A stretch of 34,437 nucleotides of DNA. Origin: an uncultured Pseudomonadales bacterium. GTDB taxonomy: Bacteria > Pseudomonadota > Gammaproteobacteria > Pseudomonadales > UBA7239. Location of the stretch: contig CAZHQZ010000001.1 of assembly GCA_964534675.1 (NCBI GenBank), positions 1 through 34,437 of the forward strand, written 5' to 3'. The position numbers and the translations under genes were made by a program. The notes under the pieces are model-generated. The model did not search any database. It saw nothing but the letters and a program-made list of their open reading frames with translations, and was not told where the DNA came from. Shown piece after piece: positions 31,755 through 34,437 of this stretch (position 1 is the stretch's first letter; every line of letters starts with the position of its first letter).

Positions 31755-34437
31755 ATGAAAAATAAAAATCCAGAAAAATTGTTAGGAAGGCTAGTACGTT
31801 CTATTTTTCTTATAGCAAGTTTGTATATGTGTTTACTTCCTGCATATGCGCTAGAAAGTAACGGAGACCAGCAGTGGACTTCTTTGGGAGGTGTGAGAGG
31901 TACTGATGGATTTGTAAGACAGATGGTCAGCGATGGTGCGTCTATTTATATATGCGGAAGCTTTCGTGCTGTTGCTGAAACAATTGTACATAAAGCAGCA
32001 AAATGGAATGGAACTACCTGGGAGGCCATTGCTATTCCAGGGTATGTGGATGACATTGATTCCATGGCGATTGGCATAAATGGAGATATGTTTTTTGCAG
32101 GCCGTTCTTCTATCGACGGCAGCTTTATTGCCAGATTAAATGGAACTACGTGGACAAAAATTAGCACCCCCATTTCAACGGCACAGACGATTGTTTACGC
32201 AATGGTTGTTGATAAAACAGGTAATCTTTATGTGGGCGGAGGATTTCGTACAGCTCTTGGTGCCAATATGAATGCAGATTACCTTGCCAAATGGGATGGA
32301 ACTAGTTGGCAAGCGGTTGGTAGTGGTGTAAATAAAGATGTGCAGGCGTTGGCTGTTGATGCTAGTGGCAACCTTTACGTTGGCGGCTCATTTACCAGTG
32401 CTGGCGGAGTAACAAACACAAAAGGTATTGCAAAGTGGAATGGAAGCGCATGGAGCGCACTGAGTACAGGCGTATCTGGATCAGTAAGAGGGCTGGCGAT
32501 CAAATCTGGTGTTGTTTATGTGTCTGGAACCTTTGTAACTGCCGGTGGAGTTTCTGCAAACAATATTGCCAAGTGGAGCGGTAGTGCCTGGTCTGCGCTG
32601 GGATCTGGTTTTTCTGGAGATGGCGGTCGCAATATGGCGATAGACAGCGCAGGGAATTTGTATGCGTCAACGTACGGCGTATCCGCAGGTGGTGTACAGG
32701 TTAATGGCCTTGCTCGCTGGAATGGTGCGTCATGGAGTGCACTAGGTATAAATGCAGATGAGCCACGATGTGGAGGGCCATGCTCAATGGCTTTGGATTC
32801 TCAGGGAAACCTCTATATTGGAGGAGGGTTTACAAAATTTGGGGGAGTACTCAGCAGGGGGCTGTGGAAATGGAATGGCAATAAATGGTCATCATGGGTT
32901 ACAACTGGAATGGTCACTGCCATTTTGAATGGTGGTGACGCTCCTCATGGTGGCGATCTAGGGTTAATCATCAATGCCGTTGCAGTAGACAAACAGGGAA
33001 ATTTATTTGTTGGTGGTGGTTTTCTCGCGATTGGAAATACAAACATACCTTATTTGGCAAAGTGGGATGGCACATCCTGGAGCGCCGTTGGTACTGGTGT
33101 TAACGGGCAGGTTAATACATTGGTGTTTGATAAAGATAATAATTTGTACGTTGGTGGCGCATTTACTGCGGCAGGATCAATTGCAGGTACTAGCGGTATT
33201 GCAAAATGGGATGGAGCGTCCTGGAGCGCATTAGGAAGTGGAGTGACCAATAGCTCGGGAGAGGAGGTAAGAGCTATCGTTATTGATTCTCAGGGAAATA
33301 TCTATGCAGGAGGTACGTTTTATTCAATCGGCAACAGTGTTGCAAGATGGGATGGAAGTTCATGGATGCCTTTAGAAGGAAAGAATGGCACCAGGAATGG
33401 CGTTGATTGTGGGATAGGGCAAAACTGCGCAGAACCCATAGTAAGAACACTGGCAATTGATTCTTCAGATGCGTTATATATTGGAGGGAATTTTACATAC
33501 GCCGGAGGGAACTCCGCTAAATATATTGTCAAATGGTCTAGTCAAAACCCCAGTGAAAGATTATGGACTGCCAATTTTGGTAATAGTAACTTGCCGAGTT
33601 CCGTTTATTCATTGAAAGTGAATCAAGGGATTTTGTACGCTGGCGGTTTCTTTAATTTTTTGGGTGGCGGAGGGGAAAACTGGAGTGGTCTTGCAAGATG
33701 GAATGGCGCTACCTGGGTGGCTCAATACAGTAATAAAGAATCAGCAGCGTATGCAGTTTCAATGACGGAGGATTCTGAAAAGCAGTTATATCTTGCGGGA
33801 TATTATTATGATAAAAGCGCCCCTCGTAATTTGGGTGAATGGTACGATGTAATTGCGAAGATGAATGATTCATCTCAGGATGTTCTTAGTGGATTTGCTA
33901 ATGATTATGCTAATTCCATAGCTATTGATAATGACAGGCAGTTTGCTTATGTCGGGGGAGGTTTTTCTGTAGTCGGAAATAAAGTTTCTTTTGGTGTTGC
34001 CAGATATTCTCTGGCTGGTGCCGTCCCAACGGACGTTACACCGCCCACGGTTCCGCAGAATCTGTCTGCTACTGCTATCAGCACAACGCAAATCAATTTA
34101 TCGTGGAGTGCATCAACCGATGCCGTTGGCGTAACCGCCTACAATGTGTATCGCGGCGGCACGTTGATTGCGACACTGGGTAATGTCACGAGTTACAGCA
34201 ATACCGGCCTGTCACCCTCAACACTTTATAGCTACACGGTATCGGCCTGTGATGCTGCCGGAAATTGTTCGGTGCAATCGTCTTCGGCTTCTGCAACAAC
34301 ACTTAGTGTGCCGGATGTTACGCCACCGACGGTGCCGCAAAACTTGTCTGCCACTGCTGTCAGCACAACACAGATCAACTTGTCGTGGAGTGCATCAACC
34401 GATGCCGTTGGCGTAACCGCCTACAATGTGTATCGCG
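31755..34437 (+). CDS. Secreted beta-propeller-repeat protein with C-terminal tandem FN3 domains; 3' end outside the window (absent from the supplied ORF track)
   Basis: I translated the frame from ATG 31755 to the window end and found no stop. Signal peptide MKNKNPEKLLGRLVRSIFLIASLYMCLLPAYA|LE. About 12 repeats of the form IAKW(N/D)G..WSALG.G....V.ALA.D..GNLYVGG.FT.AGG. Then VTPPTVPQNLSATA.STTQINLSWSASTDAVGVTAYNVYR, which is FN3-like, occurs twice. Confidence 0.85.
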   Translation, partial: MKNKNPEKLLGRLVRSIFLIASLYMCLLPAYALESNGDQQWTSLGGVRGTDGFVRQMVSDGASIYICGSFRAVAETIVHKAAKWNGTTWEAIAIPGYVDDIDSMAIGINGDMFFAGRSSIDGSFIARLNGTTWTKISTPISTAQTIVYAMVVDKTGNLYVGGGFRTALGANMNADYLAKWDGTSWQAVGSGVNKDVQALAVDASGNLYVGGSFTSAGGVTNTKGIAKWNGSAWSALSTGVSGSVRGLAIKSGVVYVSGTFVTAGGVSANNIAKWSGSAWSALGSGFSGDGGRNMAIDSAGNLYASTYGVSAGGVQVNGLARWNGASWSALGINADEPRCGGPCSMALDSQGNLYIGGGFTKFGGVLSRGLWKWNGNKWSSWVTTGMVTAILNGGDAPHGGDLGLIINAVAVDKQGNLFVGGGFLAIGNTNIPYLAKWDGTSWSAVGTGVNGQVNTLVFDKDNNLYVGGAFTAAGSIAGTSGIAKWDGASWSALGSGVTNSSGEEVRAIVIDSQGNIYAGGTFYSIGNSVARWDGSSWMPLEGKNGTRNGVDCGIGQNCAEPIVRTLAIDSSDALYIGGNFTYAGGNSAKYIVKWSSQNPSERLWTANFGNSNLPSSVYSLKVNQGILYAGGFFNFLGGGGENWSGLARWNGATWVAQYSNKESAAYAVSMTEDSEKQLYLAGYYYDKSAPRNLGEWYDVIAKMNDSSQDVLSGFANDYANSIAIDNDRQFAYVGGGFSVVGNKVSFGVARYSLAGAVPTDVTPPTVPQNLSATAISTTQINLSWSASTDAVGVTAYNVYRGGTLIATLGNVTSYSNTGLSPSTLYSYTVSACDAAGNCSVQSSSASATTLSVPDVTPPTVPQNLSATAVSTTQINLSWSASTDAVGVTAYNVYR
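34035..34437 (+). repeat. Tandem 282-nt (94-codon) FN3-encoding repeat, second unit cut by the window end
   Basis: Units start at 34035 and 34317. 34101-34155 and 34383-34437 are identical (55 nt), while the preceding ~65 nt differ mostly at synonymous positions. Confidence 0.8.

Noticed and set aside
31531-31755. Minus-strand 74-aa ORF that would fit the orientation of the hairpin at 31404-31424
   Set aside because: Its translation is not protein-like and has no SD. The overlapping plus-strand ORF has a clean CxxC..CxxC zinc-ribbon pattern and an SD. The hairpin orientation remains unexplained.
1-34437. CRISPR arrays, rRNA genes, retron or group II intron-like structures
   Set aside because: No regularly spaced short repeats and no long non-coding structured stretches were seen. 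The only repeats are the att repeats, the arm-type heptamers, the IS inverted repeats, the 562-bp cassette repeat and intragenic protein-repeat DNA.

Overview
This looks like a proteobacterial (probably gammaproteobacterial) chromosome segment. A short core block is followed by stacked accessory DNA.

(1) 1-4354, core: pilC (5' end outside the window), pilD, coaE and two membrane-protein genes, ending in a terminator hairpin.

(2) ~4355-8578: a very small (~4.2 kb) integrative element. It is bounded by imperfect direct repeats that share a 33-nt core with one mismatch. It carries clustered GCAGTAAC/GTTACTG arm-type repeats, a P4-type tyrosine integrase, an AlpA-like regulator, a YagK/YfjJ (inovirus Gp2-like) protein and two unknown ORFs.

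(3) 8881-10125: an IS3-family insertion sequence with orfA/orfB, an A7 slippery site, imperfect terminal inverted repeats and a 3-bp ATC target duplication. It sits in the remnant of a toxin-gene 5' end.

(4) 10126-24477, all on the minus strand and visibly more AT-rich: a polymorphic-toxin locus.
- A small lipoprotein gene comes first.
- Next is a 3464-aa Sec-signal protein with YD/Rhs repeats, TSP3-like calcium-binding repeats, RCC1-like repeats, delta-60-like repeats and RTX nonapeptides.
- A translationally coupled 211-aa exported coiled-coil protein follows.
- Then come two short signal-peptide proteins. Each consists of only the C-terminal half of the Rhs core domain plus a different toxin domain, and each is followed by a putative immunity gene.
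- A third, degenerate copy closes the array.

(5) 24738-31713: a phage/ICE-like module. It holds a Cys-rich protein, a YqaJ exonuclease, a TIM-barrel-like protein, a DUF932 protein, a zinc-ribbon/glycine-zipper membrane protein, an XRE regulator, a GTPase fused to a DUF697-like membrane domain, and a small zinc-ribbon protein.

(6) 31755 to the window end: an open-ended ORF missing from the supplied track. It encodes a secreted beta-propeller-repeat protein ending in tandem FN3 domains.

I found no rRNA, convincing tRNA or CRISPR array. The most unusual feature is the apparent splitting of an Rhs system into a giant shell-type protein and separate, individually Sec-targeted core/toxin cassettes, with no T6SS, TcA or T1SS genes in the window.
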